IMG/VR virus record: IMGVR_UViG_3300027759_000045
Span: 62,001-126,000 of that record
DNA length: 64,000 nucleotides
Strand: one strand, 5' to 3'
The notes beneath the pieces were generated by a model, which did not search any database, was not told the DNA's origin, and saw only the letters and a program-made list of their open reading frames with translations. Positions 45,787-54,195 of this stretch are shown here, piece by piece; position 1 is the stretch's first letter; each line of letters opens with the position of its first letter. A program made the position numbers and the translations under genes.

Positions 45787-45862
45787 GGTGATGTAGCTTA
45801 GACGGTAGAGCAATTGCTTCATACGCATTAGGTCGGTGGTTCGATACCACCCATCACCACCA
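45787..45862 (+). tRNA. tRNA(CAT), elongator Met or Ile2
   Basis: loop TTCATAC; paired 1:72, so not initiator; identity unresolved. Confidence 0.8.
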
Positions 45863-45872
45863 AACAAATAAT

Positions 45873-45948
45873 GCGGCTGTAGCTCAGTTGGTAGAGTACT
45901 TGCTTGCCAAGCAAGACGTCACCGGTTCGAACCCGGTTAGCCGCTCCA
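45873..45948 (+). tRNA. tRNA-Gly(GCC)
   Basis: CTTGC-TTGCCAA-GCAAG; U73. Confidence 0.94.
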
Positions 45949-45959
45949 ACATTTATTAC

Positions 45960-46033
45960 TGGGGGTTAGTGTAGCGGTAACACTACAGACTTTGACTCTG
46001 TCATCACTGGTTCGATCCCAGTACCCTCTGCCA
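45960..46033 (+). tRNA. tRNA-Gln(TTG)
   Basis: ACAGA-CTTTGAC-TCTGT; unpaired 1:72, G73. Confidence 0.92.
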
Positions 46034-46057
46034 TCTCTGCCCTTATCTTGGGTGGTA

Positions 46058-46867
46058 TCAAAGATTCTGTTGGGTTGATCCAATAATAATGCTGTTGGGT
46101 TGATCCAACAGCAGATCAACAACCAAATGCACACGTTGGGTTGTTCCTTGATTTTGAACTTGATGCCACGTTAAATTGTTAAGTCTGTACAGCCAACCTA
46201 AAGACATGTGTTCTTGACTGTCAGATTTTCCAGTAAAAGTTACTTGACGGTTGGTTTGCAGTGGTATGTGAAATCTACAATAGTGTTCAAAATAACGACC
46301 TCCGTCGATATGTAGCAGAACACTACCACCTGGCTGCATGCAGTTTAAAACACTGGTACCAATGGCCTTGGCATTCATTTTTTGTTGTGTCCAGTGTAAA
46401 AGTTTAGTCACACCGGGCAGTCGCACTTGCCATTCAGTGTCTACTGAGTCAAGATTTTTGTAATAATCCTTCAACTCAGTTATATTATCATTCGATGCGT
46501 GAGTGCGCAGAAAAATTGATTGGGTTTTATTTACAAAATTCTGTTGGACTGGTGAAGTAGTGTCAGTGACACTATCATGATGTTTAGCTAGGTAAGTTTG
46601 GATATATAAATCTGGTTGTGTCTGCGCCCAATCTATGTTGTCTATTTCGGCTATAGCCGCATTCAGTATAGATTCGGGTACCTGGCTGATTGCATGCGCT
46701 AACAACGGTGGGCGGGCAGCCTGCTTGAAACTGCCTGGTACATAACTATGCACGGTCTCGCATTCCTGACGTATGAAATCAGGTAGAAGTGGATAAGAAT
46801 CTTCGGTGGCACAGTCAGGCCATGCAGGATCTCTTACTGCTTGATAAAATTGATGCCAGTCATTCAT
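46058..46867 (-). CDS. Asp/Asn beta-hydroxylase-like 2OG-Fe(II) oxygenase
   Basis: PGGSVLLHIDGG...RFHIPL...WHQVQNQG...RVHLVVD; TAAATA upstream. Confidence 0.8.
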   Translation of the reverse strand: MNDWHQFYQAVRDPAWPDCATEDSYPLLPDFIRQECETVHSYVPGSFKQAARPPLLAHAISQVPESILNAAIAEIDNIDWAQTQPDLYIQTYLAKHHDSVTDTTSPVQQNFVNKTQSIFLRTHASNDNITELKDYYKNLDSVDTEWQVRLPGVTKLLHWTQQKMNAKAIGTSVLNCMQPGGSVLLHIDGGRYFEHYCRFHIPLQTNRQVTFTGKSDSQEHMSLGWLYRLNNLTWHQVQNQGTTQRVHLVVDLLLDQPNSIIIGSTQQNL

Positions 46868-46892
46868 GATCTGATATTTACCAATTAATGTT

Positions 46893-46968
46893 AGGGGACA
46901 TAAATTAACGGCCAACGCAACTGGCTTTTGCCCAGTAAATCAGAGTTCAATTTTTGTACCCTCTGCTA
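46893..46968 (+). pseudogene. degenerate tRNA, Gln-like body
   Basis: ACTGG-CTTTTGC-CCAGT arm; 3' GTACCCTCTGCTA nearly identical to the tRNA-Gln end; broken D and T arms, no CCA. Confidence 0.6.
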
Positions 46969-46970
46969 TT

Positions 46971-47045
46971 CTCGCTTTAGTATAATGGATAATACAAAGA
47001 GCTTCTACCTCTTGAATGTGGGTTCGATTCCTGCAAGCGAGACCA
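46971..47045 (+). tRNA. tRNA-Arg(TCT)
   Basis: AAGAG-CTTCTAC-CTCTT. Confidence 0.92.
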
Positions 47046-47050
47046 AACAT

Positions 47051-47126
47051 GGAGTTGTTAGTGTAAAGGTCAACACCACGGATTGTGATTCCGTTAATAC
47101 GGGTTCGATTCCCGTACGACTCCCCA
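47051..47126 (+). tRNA. tRNA-His(GTG)
   Basis: ACGGA-TTGTGAT-TCCGT; encoded G-1:C73. Confidence 0.92.
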
Positions 47127-47130
47127 AACG

Positions 47131-47319
47131 TTATTGATAATCTTCTTTAAAAGACTTGATCCAACTGACCGCAGAGTCATGATCACTAAAGTAACGCATA
47201 ATTAGCCGATCATTGAAAATATCATTGACAAAAATGTAAGATGTGTTATACTCACTAAGTGACAGGTGCACTTGCAAATGTCCACTGGTTGAAATAAAAT
47301 CTTGTGTTTGCGTCTGCAT
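47131..47319 (-). CDS. hypothetical protein, 62 aa
   Basis: minus-strand TATAAATA 5 nt before the ATG. Confidence 0.6.
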   Translation of the reverse strand: MQTQTQDFISTSGHLQVHLSLSEYNTSYIFVNDIFNDRLIMRYFSDHDSAVSWIKSFKEDYQ

Positions 47320-47376
47320 GCACATATTTATACCTCAATCCTGTACCAATAAATACCCCACACAACAAGGAAACAA

Positions 47377-47532
47377 ATGAAAACCACATCAGCATTTAAA
47401 CTCAGCAAAAGAACAAAAACATTATTGGCATTGCTAAAGTTTAGAGATCAACATGATCGTAATGGATTTAAAAGAGCCATGGTTGACGCACAAGCAACCC
47501 CAGTGGCATTTTCGCCCAAAGACCGCAAGTAA
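47377..47532 (+). CDS. small basic protein, 51 aa (MKTTSAFKLSKRTK...KDRK)
   Basis: TAAATA plus AAGGA RBS. Confidence 0.65.
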   Translation: MKTTSAFKLSKRTKTLLALLKFRDQHDRNGFKRAMVDAQATPVAFSPKDRK

Positions 47533-47538
47533 GATTAT

Positions 47539-47614
47539 TCCCCAATAGCTCAGTCGGTAGAGTAGCAGACTGTTAATCTGTTGGTCCGTGGTTCGAGCCC
47601 ACGTTGGGGAGCCA
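47539..47614 (+). tRNA. tRNA-Asn(GTT)
   Basis: GCAGA-CTGTTAA-TCTGT. Confidence 0.94.
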
Positions 47615-47621
47615 ATTAAAA

Positions 47622-47706
47622 GGGGATGTGGCGTAATTGGTAGCCGCACTGGATTTAGGTTCCAGCGAGTAAAATCGTGAGAGTTCGAGTCTCTCCATCC
47701 CCACCA
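47622..47706 (+). tRNA. tRNA-Leu(TAG)
   Basis: CTGGA-TTTAGGT-TCCAG, long variable arm. Confidence 0.92.
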
Positions 47707-47718
47707 AGGTAAACTATT

Positions 47719-48219
47719 ATGGAAAAAATCAATCTCGCCAAGGTAAAAAAGTTCATTGAGGCGCAGACACCCGAAACTCGAATTTATCTCGGCTGTGACT
47801 CTGAGCGCCTTAGAGTAAACGGGGTCTGGCATGCCGACTATGTGTTGGCTGTTGTGGTTCACATCAACGGCAACAACGGTTGCAAACTATTTGGCGAAGT
47901 ACAGCGTGAGCGAGACTTTGATCAAAAAACTTCTCGTCCCAGTATGCGATTGATGAATGAAGTTTACAAAGTATCCGAACTGTACCTAAAGCTGGGCGAA
48001 GTGCTAGAAGGCCGTCATGTTGAAGTGCATTTGGATATTAACCCAGATGATCAGTACGGTTCTAGCTGTGTGATATCACAGGCAGTGGGCTATATCAAAG
48101 GCACTTGCAATGTGACACCATCAGTTAAACCCAATGCGTTTGCTGCCAGCTATGCTGCCGATCGTTTTAAAGGATTATCAACTGCATGTCATCGTGCCAG
48201 AATCAACGAAAGATTCTAA
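47719..48219 (+). CDS. RNase H-like YkuK/DUF458 family protein
   Basis: IYLGCDS...RLMNEVYK...EVHLDIN...VKPNAFAASYAAD. Confidence 0.8.
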   Translation: MEKINLAKVKKFIEAQTPETRIYLGCDSERLRVNGVWHADYVLAVVVHINGNNGCKLFGEVQRERDFDQKTSRPSMRLMNEVYKVSELYLKLGEVLEGRHVEVHLDINPDDQYGSSCVISQAVGYIKGTCNVTPSVKPNAFAASYAADRFKGLSTACHRARINERF

Positions 48220-48226
48220 AAAGTTG

Positions 48227-48254
48227 TTGACTTTTAATTTTTTTCTGTTATAAT
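48227..48254 (+). promoter_or_regulatory. sigma70 promoter, extended -10
   Basis: TTGACT-N16-TATAAT with TGn. Confidence 0.75.
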
Positions 48255-48264
48255 TACAACTGTA

Positions 48265-48354
48265 GGAAGCGTGTCCGAGTGGCCGATGGAACTGGTCTAC
48301 TAAACCAGCATACGAGTAATCGTATCGTGAGTTCGAATCTCACCGCTTCCGCCA
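48265..48354 (+). tRNA. tRNA-Ser(ACT), rare A34 anticodon
   Basis: CTGGT-CTACTAA-ACCAG; Ser-type long variable arm and G73. Confidence 0.85.
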
Positions 48355-48360
48355 AGTTAC

Positions 48361-48435
48361 CGCGGGGTACGTCAGTGGTAGACCGCCAGGCTCATAACCT
48401 GGAAGCCGGAGGTTCGAGTCCTTCCCCCGCAACCA
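48361..48435 (+). tRNA. initiator tRNA-fMet(CAT)
   Basis: C1:A72 mismatch, CGCGGGG acceptor, loop CTCATAA. Confidence 0.88.
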
Positions 48436-48453
48436 TTTGTTTTAGGAAGCATT

Positions 48454-48840
48454 ATGAACTCTAATCCTGAGCGCAAGAACAATTTAGAATACGACTTGCG
48501 GAATACCAAGTGGATCTGCGACAAGGCCAAGGCCAGCGAATTTTACGCACAAAATCTGTATGCTGCCATGTGCAATCAAGACTGGCAAAAAAATGAAGTT
48601 TGGCCGTTGCTCAAAAGCGAAACATACAGTTGCAGTTGGCGCTATGCCGGTGGCATTGTGGCCGACATGGTCGAAAAGGGTGACTATATCGATTGGTACT
48701 GCTCAGGTATTCGTGGAGAACAAGGCATCGATTACGAGCCTCCTCTAACTTTTGTGCCCGAAGGTACAGTCACAGAAGAAATACGCGAAGACTTTTTTAA
48801 ATTAGGATGGATTCCTATTGATCAAGTAGACGATGAATAA
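48454..48840 (+). CDS. hypothetical protein, 128 aa
   Basis: ORF with AGGA RBS. Confidence 0.8.
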   Translation: MNSNPERKNNLEYDLRNTKWICDKAKASEFYAQNLYAAMCNQDWQKNEVWPLLKSETYSCSWRYAGGIVADMVEKGDYIDWYCSGIRGEQGIDYEPPLTFVPEGTVTEEIREDFFKLGWIPIDQVDDE

Positions 48841-48849
48841 ATAAGTGTT

Positions 48850-49270
48850 ATTGCTGTATGAAGCAAAGAGAAAAGTGTTCTGGACGGGGGTGCGAATCCC
48901 CCCAGGTCCACCAAAAAGACTTTTACCCTAGACCGCAAGAGCCAACTACATGTTGCGGAAAAGGATGTGAAGGATGTGTCTGGATTAGCTATTTTGAAGC
49001 ACTAGCTAGATGGGAGAGTCTTTTTGGAGGGCCTGACCTAGATTCGACAGGGCAACAAGTAAATTAGTGGACAGCTCGGGAATGTGAAACCCGTAGGGTT
49101 GGGGAGACTCGGCCGAAGAAGCAAAAAACGTAAATGCAAACGTAAACAAAACCGTAACTGTTTCAGGCAAGAATATCAAGTTCTCTGCTCGTTCAGCCAA
49201 GGAAGCATTGGCAGTCTAAACACTGCCTAGGGTTTTTGGTAATTTATCCTCGTAACAGAATTAAATTACC
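48850..49270 (+). ncRNA. ssrA: circularly permuted two-piece tmRNA
   Basis: acceptor piece first (T arm GGGGG-TGCGAAT-CCCCC, CAGGTCC-A-CCA ending 48913); coding piece from GGGCCTGAC..ATTCGAC at 49029 with G3-U70; tag ANVNKTVTVSGKNIKFSARSAKEALAV at 49136-49219; 5' end approximate. Confidence 0.9.
48858..49067 (+). CDS. Oxidored-like (CC..GC..CVW..Y) small protein nested in the tmRNA gene
   Basis: PRPQEPTTCCGKGCEGCVWISYFEALARWE encoded in the tmRNA spacer. Confidence 0.5.
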   Translation: MKQREKCSGRGCESPQVHQKDFYPRPQEPTTCCGKGCEGCVWISYFEALARWESLFGGPDLDSTGQQVN

Positions 49271-49275
49271 TTTTT
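49238..49275 (+). terminator. hairpin plus U-tract at the tmRNA 3' end
   Basis: GGTAATTTA/TAAATTACC then TTTTT. Confidence 0.6.
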
Positions 49276-49299
49276 ATTCAATAACAAAAATCCACCGGC

Positions 49300-50589
49300 A
49301 TGAACATTCCCTTAGACAATTTGTACCACTGGGTGCAATCGATCATACCTGTTCCTGCAGTAATCTATAGATTTTATCCACACGGTAGTAAAAATATTGT
49401 TGATCTTACTTCACTGAGTCCCCGACCCGATGAGGAACATTATGTTGATATTCCAGTTGTTGTCCACGACCAGGAACCATTGGATTATAATCTGTACACA
49501 AATATTGATCTGGCATCATTGCAGCAATTGTGGCAAACCATGGCGTTAAGCAATCCTGTTGCCACAGAAATAAGATGCCAGGCCTTAGTTGATAAAAATT
49601 TATTGGCAATACCATTAGCAGGTGGATCGCTTCATGACCAGGCAATTTTACTGCATTCTGAAAAAAATTCTGTTGACTTAGAACAGTATTCTCAAAATAA
49701 TTTTTTGCCGGTTTACCATTGGTGTCATGCAATTATTGCTCGTGACTGGTATAGATTTGCTGAAATAGATGCTCGGCTTGTTCCACAATCTCATATACAA
49801 GAAAAATTCCTTATATATAATCGCGCATGGGGCAATACCAGAGAATACAGATTAAAGTTCATGGAGTTATTGATTAAACATGGATTACATGAATCAAGTA
49901 AAACCAGTATATCAGCCAGAGCCGAAGGCAATCAAGGACATCATTATCATGATCATAAATTTAAAAATGTCAATTTTGCGCTTGAAGACAGCACTGTATT
50001 AGATCTGCTCGAAGATAATCAATTCAACAGCAACGAAAGCGCACAGTACAATCATGATGATTTCAATTCAACTGCAATAAGTGTAGTTTTAGAAACCATG
50101 TTTGACGACTCAAGAATTCACTTGACAGAAAAGACACTGAGACCAATTGCCTGCGGTCATCCATTTGTATTGGCAGCGGGGCCACGCAGTTTAGAGTATC
50201 TTAGAAGTTACGGATTTCGAACATTTGCTCCATGGATTGACGAAAGTTATGATCATGAACCTGACAGTTTGCGCAGACTTGAAAAAATTATCAACAGCAT
50301 GAATAAAATTAATTTGCTTGATGCCGAGGAGTTTGATCAATTTCTAATAGAAATCAAACACATAGCCGATTTTAACAAAAAACATTTTTTCAGCGATGCA
50401 TTTCAACAACAGGTGATTGAAGAATTAAAAACTAATTTAACACATGCAATTCAACACATTAAAAAACCACGTGGCATATTTCCAAGAGCATTGAAAAAAA
50501 AAATATTAAAAGCAGATCCCAGTTTCTTTGATACAAAATGTCATTATGACTATTATTGCGAAGTGATTCGGTTGCTGAGATCTCAATGA
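49300..50589 (+). CDS. GT10-like protein (paralogue)
   Basis: VVLETMF....IHLTEKTLRPIACGHPFVLAAG...GFRTF...IDESYD. Confidence 0.5.
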   Translation: MNIPLDNLYHWVQSIIPVPAVIYRFYPHGSKNIVDLTSLSPRPDEEHYVDIPVVVHDQEPLDYNLYTNIDLASLQQLWQTMALSNPVATEIRCQALVDKNLLAIPLAGGSLHDQAILLHSEKNSVDLEQYSQNNFLPVYHWCHAIIARDWYRFAEIDARLVPQSHIQEKFLIYNRAWGNTREYRLKFMELLIKHGLHESSKTSISARAEGNQGHHYHDHKFKNVNFALEDSTVLDLLEDNQFNSNESAQYNHDDFNSTAISVVLETMFDDSRIHLTEKTLRPIACGHPFVLAAGPRSLEYLRSYGFRTFAPWIDESYDHEPDSLRRLEKIINSMNKINLLDAEEFDQFLIEIKHIADFNKKHFFSDAFQQQVIEELKTNLTHAIQHIKKPRGIFPRALKKKILKADPSFFDTKCHYDYYCEVIRLLRSQ

Positions 50590-50701
50590 GTACACCCCAC
50601 CTTTTTGGTGTGTTTCTTCATTGAAAAAGCCGGGGATCATGTACCGTGACTAAGTATTATTCTAGCCGATGAAAGTCGGCTTTAATTTAAAGGAAAATAA
50701 A

Positions 50702-51244
50702 ATGAAAAAAATCTTCGCAATTTTGGCTTTGGCCGTTTCTAGTTCTGCTTTCGCAGTATCATATGTTTCAGTTGACGTTGACAGCGTTTCTGGACTCAAG
50801 GGCGCTGGCGACAGTACAGCACAATACATTCGTGCTGGTAAAGAAATTGGCGGAATCCAATTTGGTTTGCAAGGCCGTACTGCTACATTGAACAACAACT
50901 CAGGTATGTTGAGTAGCGTAGAAGTCACAGCGGGAAAGAATTCCAAAGGCATTACACCATTCATTGGTGCAGGTCATGACAATGGAGTCAATGCAGGCAC
51001 ACCTTACAACTACGGGTTGGTTGGTGCAACATATGGTCTGCCAGCTGGCCCAGGTTACTTGTTAACAGGTGTCAAGACTCGTGTTGGTTCAACAGAAAAT
51101 GGCGCACGTACAAAGCAGACAGTTGGCTTTGCTACATACTCAATTCCAGTTACCAAGGGCGTTGCTGTTAACTTGAATGCTAGCCGTTCTGGTCAAGACA
51201 TCAAAGAAAAGGCGTTTGGCGTAGGTTTAGGTTTTAGTTTTTAA
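50702..51244 (+). CDS. outer-membrane beta-barrel protein
   Basis: signal peptide MKKIFAILALAVSSSAFA, amphipathic strands, C-terminal GLGFSF. Confidence 0.75.
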   Translation: MKKIFAILALAVSSSAFAVSYVSVDVDSVSGLKGAGDSTAQYIRAGKEIGGIQFGLQGRTATLNNNSGMLSSVEVTAGKNSKGITPFIGAGHDNGVNAGTPYNYGLVGATYGLPAGPGYLLTGVKTRVGSTENGARTKQTVGFATYSIPVTKGVAVNLNASRSGQDIKEKAFGVGLGFSF

Positions 51245-51265
51245 TTTAATTAATGCTTGCCACAA

Positions 51266-51288
51266 ACCCGCTTCGGCGGGTTTTCTTT
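51266..51288 (+). terminator. intrinsic terminator
   Basis: ACCCGC-TTCG-GCGGGT then TTTCTTT. Confidence 0.9.
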
Positions 51289-51345
51289 ATTAATTTTTCC
51301 TATTGCTGTCATTAAGATATAGTTGACAAAAATTCAACAATGTTG

Positions 51346-51374
51346 TTGACTTCGTGGATATATACTAGTATACT
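51346..51374 (+). promoter_or_regulatory. sigma70 promoter
   Basis: TTGACT-N17-TATACT. Confidence 0.75.
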
Positions 51375-51419
51375 ACACACTAGTGGTAAACACTAGTTCA
51401 TTTTTAACAAGGAGAAGAT

Positions 51420-51977
51420 ATGAAAACAGTTGGCGATAAGTTAGAAAAATTTACGGTCACAGGCGTCCGTCCCGGACAACCAGAAGATGCGTTCTTTGAC
51501 ATCACAGATGAGAGTTTTCCAGGCAAGTGGAAAGTAATTGTTTACTATCCCAAGGACTTTACATTTGTATGCCCTACAGAAATTGTAGCCTACGACAAGT
51601 TGACACAAGACTTTGCGGATCGTGATGCAGTATTACTCACAGGAAGCACAGACAATGAGTTCTGTAAAGTGGCATGGCAAAAGAGCCACAGTGATTTAAT
51701 CAAGATCACACACAATCAATTTGCTGACACACAGCGTTATGATCCAAAAACATGTGATGACTTGAGCTTGATTGAACAACTTGGTGTATTCTATGCTCCA
51801 GCAGGTGCGGCACTTCGCGCCACATTTATCGTTGACCCTAGCAATGAAATCCAACACGTCACTGTGAACAACTTGAATGTGGGCCGTAACCCAGAAGAAA
51901 CACTTCGTGTTCTTGATGCGCTACAAACTGGCGAACTGTGTGCTTGTAACCGCACTGTTGGTGGCGAGACTCTGTAA
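51420..51977 (+). CDS. ahpC: 2-Cys peroxiredoxin
   Basis: YPKDFTFVCPTEI, RATFIVDP, GRNPEE.LR.LDALQ..ELC. Confidence 0.95.
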   Translation: MKTVGDKLEKFTVTGVRPGQPEDAFFDITDESFPGKWKVIVYYPKDFTFVCPTEIVAYDKLTQDFADRDAVLLTGSTDNEFCKVAWQKSHSDLIKITHNQFADTQRYDPKTCDDLSLIEQLGVFYAPAGAALRATFIVDPSNEIQHVTVNNLNVGRNPEETLRVLDALQTGELCACNRTVGGETL

Positions 51978-52031
51978 TGTTAGAAAAACAACTAGACCAT
52001 ATAATAGAAAACAGAAATAAAGGAGAAAATT

Positions 52032-52721
52032 ATGTTTGGAACAAGTTATACAGGCGGAATGACATATCGTTCTGCCAGTGAAATCAATTCAGCAATGGGC
52101 CGCGTGTATGGACACATGAGTCTAGCAGTGATTGTGTCAATGTTTGTGAGTTACTTTGTGGGCTCTAGTCCAGAGTTACTGGCATTCTTTTTTACAGGCG
52201 TAATGAAATGGATTGTGATCTTTTCACCCTTGGCAGCAATTTTTGGTGTCAGCTATGTGCTAGGAAACAATCCTAGCAAAGGTACTGCACAGCTATGCTT
52301 ACATGGATTTGCGGCACTGATGGGTCTGAGTTTTGCCACAATATTTGCTGTGTTCACTATGGGCAGTATTGTGTCAGCATTCATGGGTGCAGGCATCTTG
52401 TTTGCGGTAATGAGTGGCTATGGCTACTTTACCAAACAGAGTCTAGACAGCATGGGCAAGTTTATGTTTGTGGGATTAATTGCAATTGTGATTGCCAGCA
52501 TCGTTAATATCTTTATTGGATCAACTGTGATGCAGATGGTGATCTCCGCACTGGCTATCATTATCTTCCTTGGACTAACTGCTTACGACACACAGAAGAT
52601 TCGTGAAGAACTTTCAGTAGAAACCAGTGACAGTGCAGAAATTCGCGGAGCATTAACTTTGTACATGGACTTTATCAACTTGTTTATCAATCTGTTACAA
52701 CTGTTCGGAGATAGAAAATAA
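52032..52721 (+). CDS. Bax inhibitor-1 / YccA family membrane protein
   Basis: about seven TM helices; LTAYDTQKI...ALTLYMDFINLF. Confidence 0.92.
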   Translation: MFGTSYTGGMTYRSASEINSAMGRVYGHMSLAVIVSMFVSYFVGSSPELLAFFFTGVMKWIVIFSPLAAIFGVSYVLGNNPSKGTAQLCLHGFAALMGLSFATIFAVFTMGSIVSAFMGAGILFAVMSGYGYFTKQSLDSMGKFMFVGLIAIVIASIVNIFIGSTVMQMVISALAIIIFLGLTAYDTQKIREELSVETSDSAEIRGALTLYMDFINLFINLLQLFGDRK

Positions 52722-53356
52722 TGAGTTATATTGTAGGATCTCTTCCGCCCATCAAATGTTTTGTCAAGCGTGAATTTCTCTACAATTTTGAAAAAGGTCA
52801 CGGAGAATTAGAACCTGCCATCTGGGTCAGTCTCAAAGCTCTACGTGGACAGGTGTTTCGTATTGAGAGCTTGTTGCCCAACTACGGAGCACTGTACGAC
52901 AAACTGCCTATCCATGCTTATGTTTGGCAGGAGAACTACACTGGCAACTTGCCCGTAGATATCTTGCAACTCTGGGACTGCATGGGCTATCGTTTCACTA
53001 TAGTTGAAAAAATTGGTTTGCGTAATCTAGGTGTGAAGTTTTTAGGTAAAGATCGAGAATGGCATCACGGCACTTATTTGTTTACAGTAGATTTTTGTGC
53101 TGACGGTATGGATGTGGACACAGGCTTTACTGAGGTTGCAGAAGAACACAAGAGCTTTAACTTTATCAGATTAGAAAACGGACAGTTTGCCTGTCAGCCC
53201 AACAACCGATGTTTGTGGTATGACCAAAGTTTGATTTCAGGCAATGTCAAGTTTCCAGACTTTCAGGCCGCACAAACTATATTCGCAGTGGATGGCACAC
53301 GCAAGTGGTCAGCAGGAGATGATTGGTTTTATAATATAGAAGAAAGAAAAGAATGA
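52721..53356 (+). CDS. hypothetical protein, 211 aa
   Basis: TAATG-coupled ORF. Confidence 0.8.
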   Translation: MSYIVGSLPPIKCFVKREFLYNFEKGHGELEPAIWVSLKALRGQVFRIESLLPNYGALYDKLPIHAYVWQENYTGNLPVDILQLWDCMGYRFTIVEKIGLRNLGVKFLGKDREWHHGTYLFTVDFCADGMDVDTGFTEVAEEHKSFNFIRLENGQFACQPNNRCLWYDQSLISGNVKFPDFQAAQTIFAVDGTRKWSAGDDWFYNIEERKE

Positions 53357-53859
53357 GTTTTATTGAATCAGTAAAAGGTGCGTTGCCAGACTATGCCAAA
53401 GATACAAAATTAAATTTGGATGCTGTGTTACTGCGTAGCACACTAGATGCAGATGTGGCCATGGGCTGTGCTGTGGCCGCATTGGCCGCAACCGGTAATG
53501 GTAAAATCTTGTCAGTAATACTAGCAGATGCTCCTGTACACGCAGAGTCAGCAATGACAGCAGCCAGTATCATGGCACAGAACAATGTGTGGTATCCTTA
53601 TGTCGAAATGACAGATGATCCTGCACTGAAAGGCCTTCCAGCACAGTTACGCATGAATGCTATTACGTCACATGGTGGTACTACCAAGAGCAACTTTGAA
53701 GCATTTAGTTTGGCCGCAAGTATTGTTGGCCGGTGCCATTTTTGTGTGAAAGCACATTATGAAACACTCAAGCAAGAAGGCTATAGTGTGGAACAACTTC
53801 GTGACATTGGTCGTATTGCCGCAGTGATGAATTCAGTTGCCAAAGTGTTAAACAGTTAA
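53353..53859 (+). CDS. ahpD: alkylhydroperoxidase AhpD
   Basis: LPDYAKD.KLNL...MAQNNVWY...LRMN...SIVGRCHFCVKAH. Confidence 0.92.
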   Translation: MSFIESVKGALPDYAKDTKLNLDAVLLRSTLDADVAMGCAVAALAATGNGKILSVILADAPVHAESAMTAASIMAQNNVWYPYVEMTDDPALKGLPAQLRMNAITSHGGTTKSNFEAFSLAASIVGRCHFCVKAHYETLKQEGYSVEQLRDIGRIAAVMNSVAKVLNS

Positions 53860-53869
53860 ACATTTCTGG

Positions 53870-53898
53870 TTGACAATTAACTCGATTTATTGTATAAT
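53870..53898 (+). promoter_or_regulatory. consensus sigma70 promoter for the second tRNA block
   Basis: TTGACA-N17-TATAAT. Confidence 0.9.
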
Positions 53899-53915
53899 AT
53901 ATACAAGTTAGAAAT

Positions 53916-54002
53916 GCGAGTGTGGTGAAATAGGTAGACACAAGAGACTTAAAATCTCTCGCTTTAAAAGGCATGCCGGTTCGATTCCGGCCACTCGCAC
54001 CA
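53916..54002 (+). tRNA. tRNA-Leu(TAA)
   Basis: AGAGA-CTTAAAA-TCTCT, long variable arm. Confidence 0.93.
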
Positions 54003-54020
54003 GTCTATAAATAAAAACAA

Positions 54021-54096
<76 letters not shown>

Positions 54097-54108
54097 AGTT
54101 AAGTTTTT

Positions 54109-54182
54109 CTCGGTATGGTGAAATGGTATCACTGAACGTTTGGGACGTTCGAGCGTAGGTTCGATTCCTGCTACCGAGACCA
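54109..54182 (+). tRNA. tRNA-Pro(TGG)
   Basis: GAACG-TTTGGGA-CGTTC. Confidence 0.93.
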
Positions 54183-54195
54183 AAGAAGAATAGAA

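Noticed and set aside
42445-47862. Short ORFs antisense to or across tRNAs (42445, 44420, 44509, 44714, 45937, 46928, 47434)
   Set aside because: They are shadows of RNA genes, with no RBS or protein-like motifs.
48291-48310. Amber suppressor tRNA (CTA in the anticodon loop) and stop-codon recoding
   Set aside because: CTA occupies positions 32-34; the centred anticodon is ACT. Long ORFs end normally at TAA, TAG or TGA.
51977-52021. 14-codon ORF MLEKTTRPYNRKQK between ahpC and yccA
   Set aside because: Too short to support; may be a remnant.
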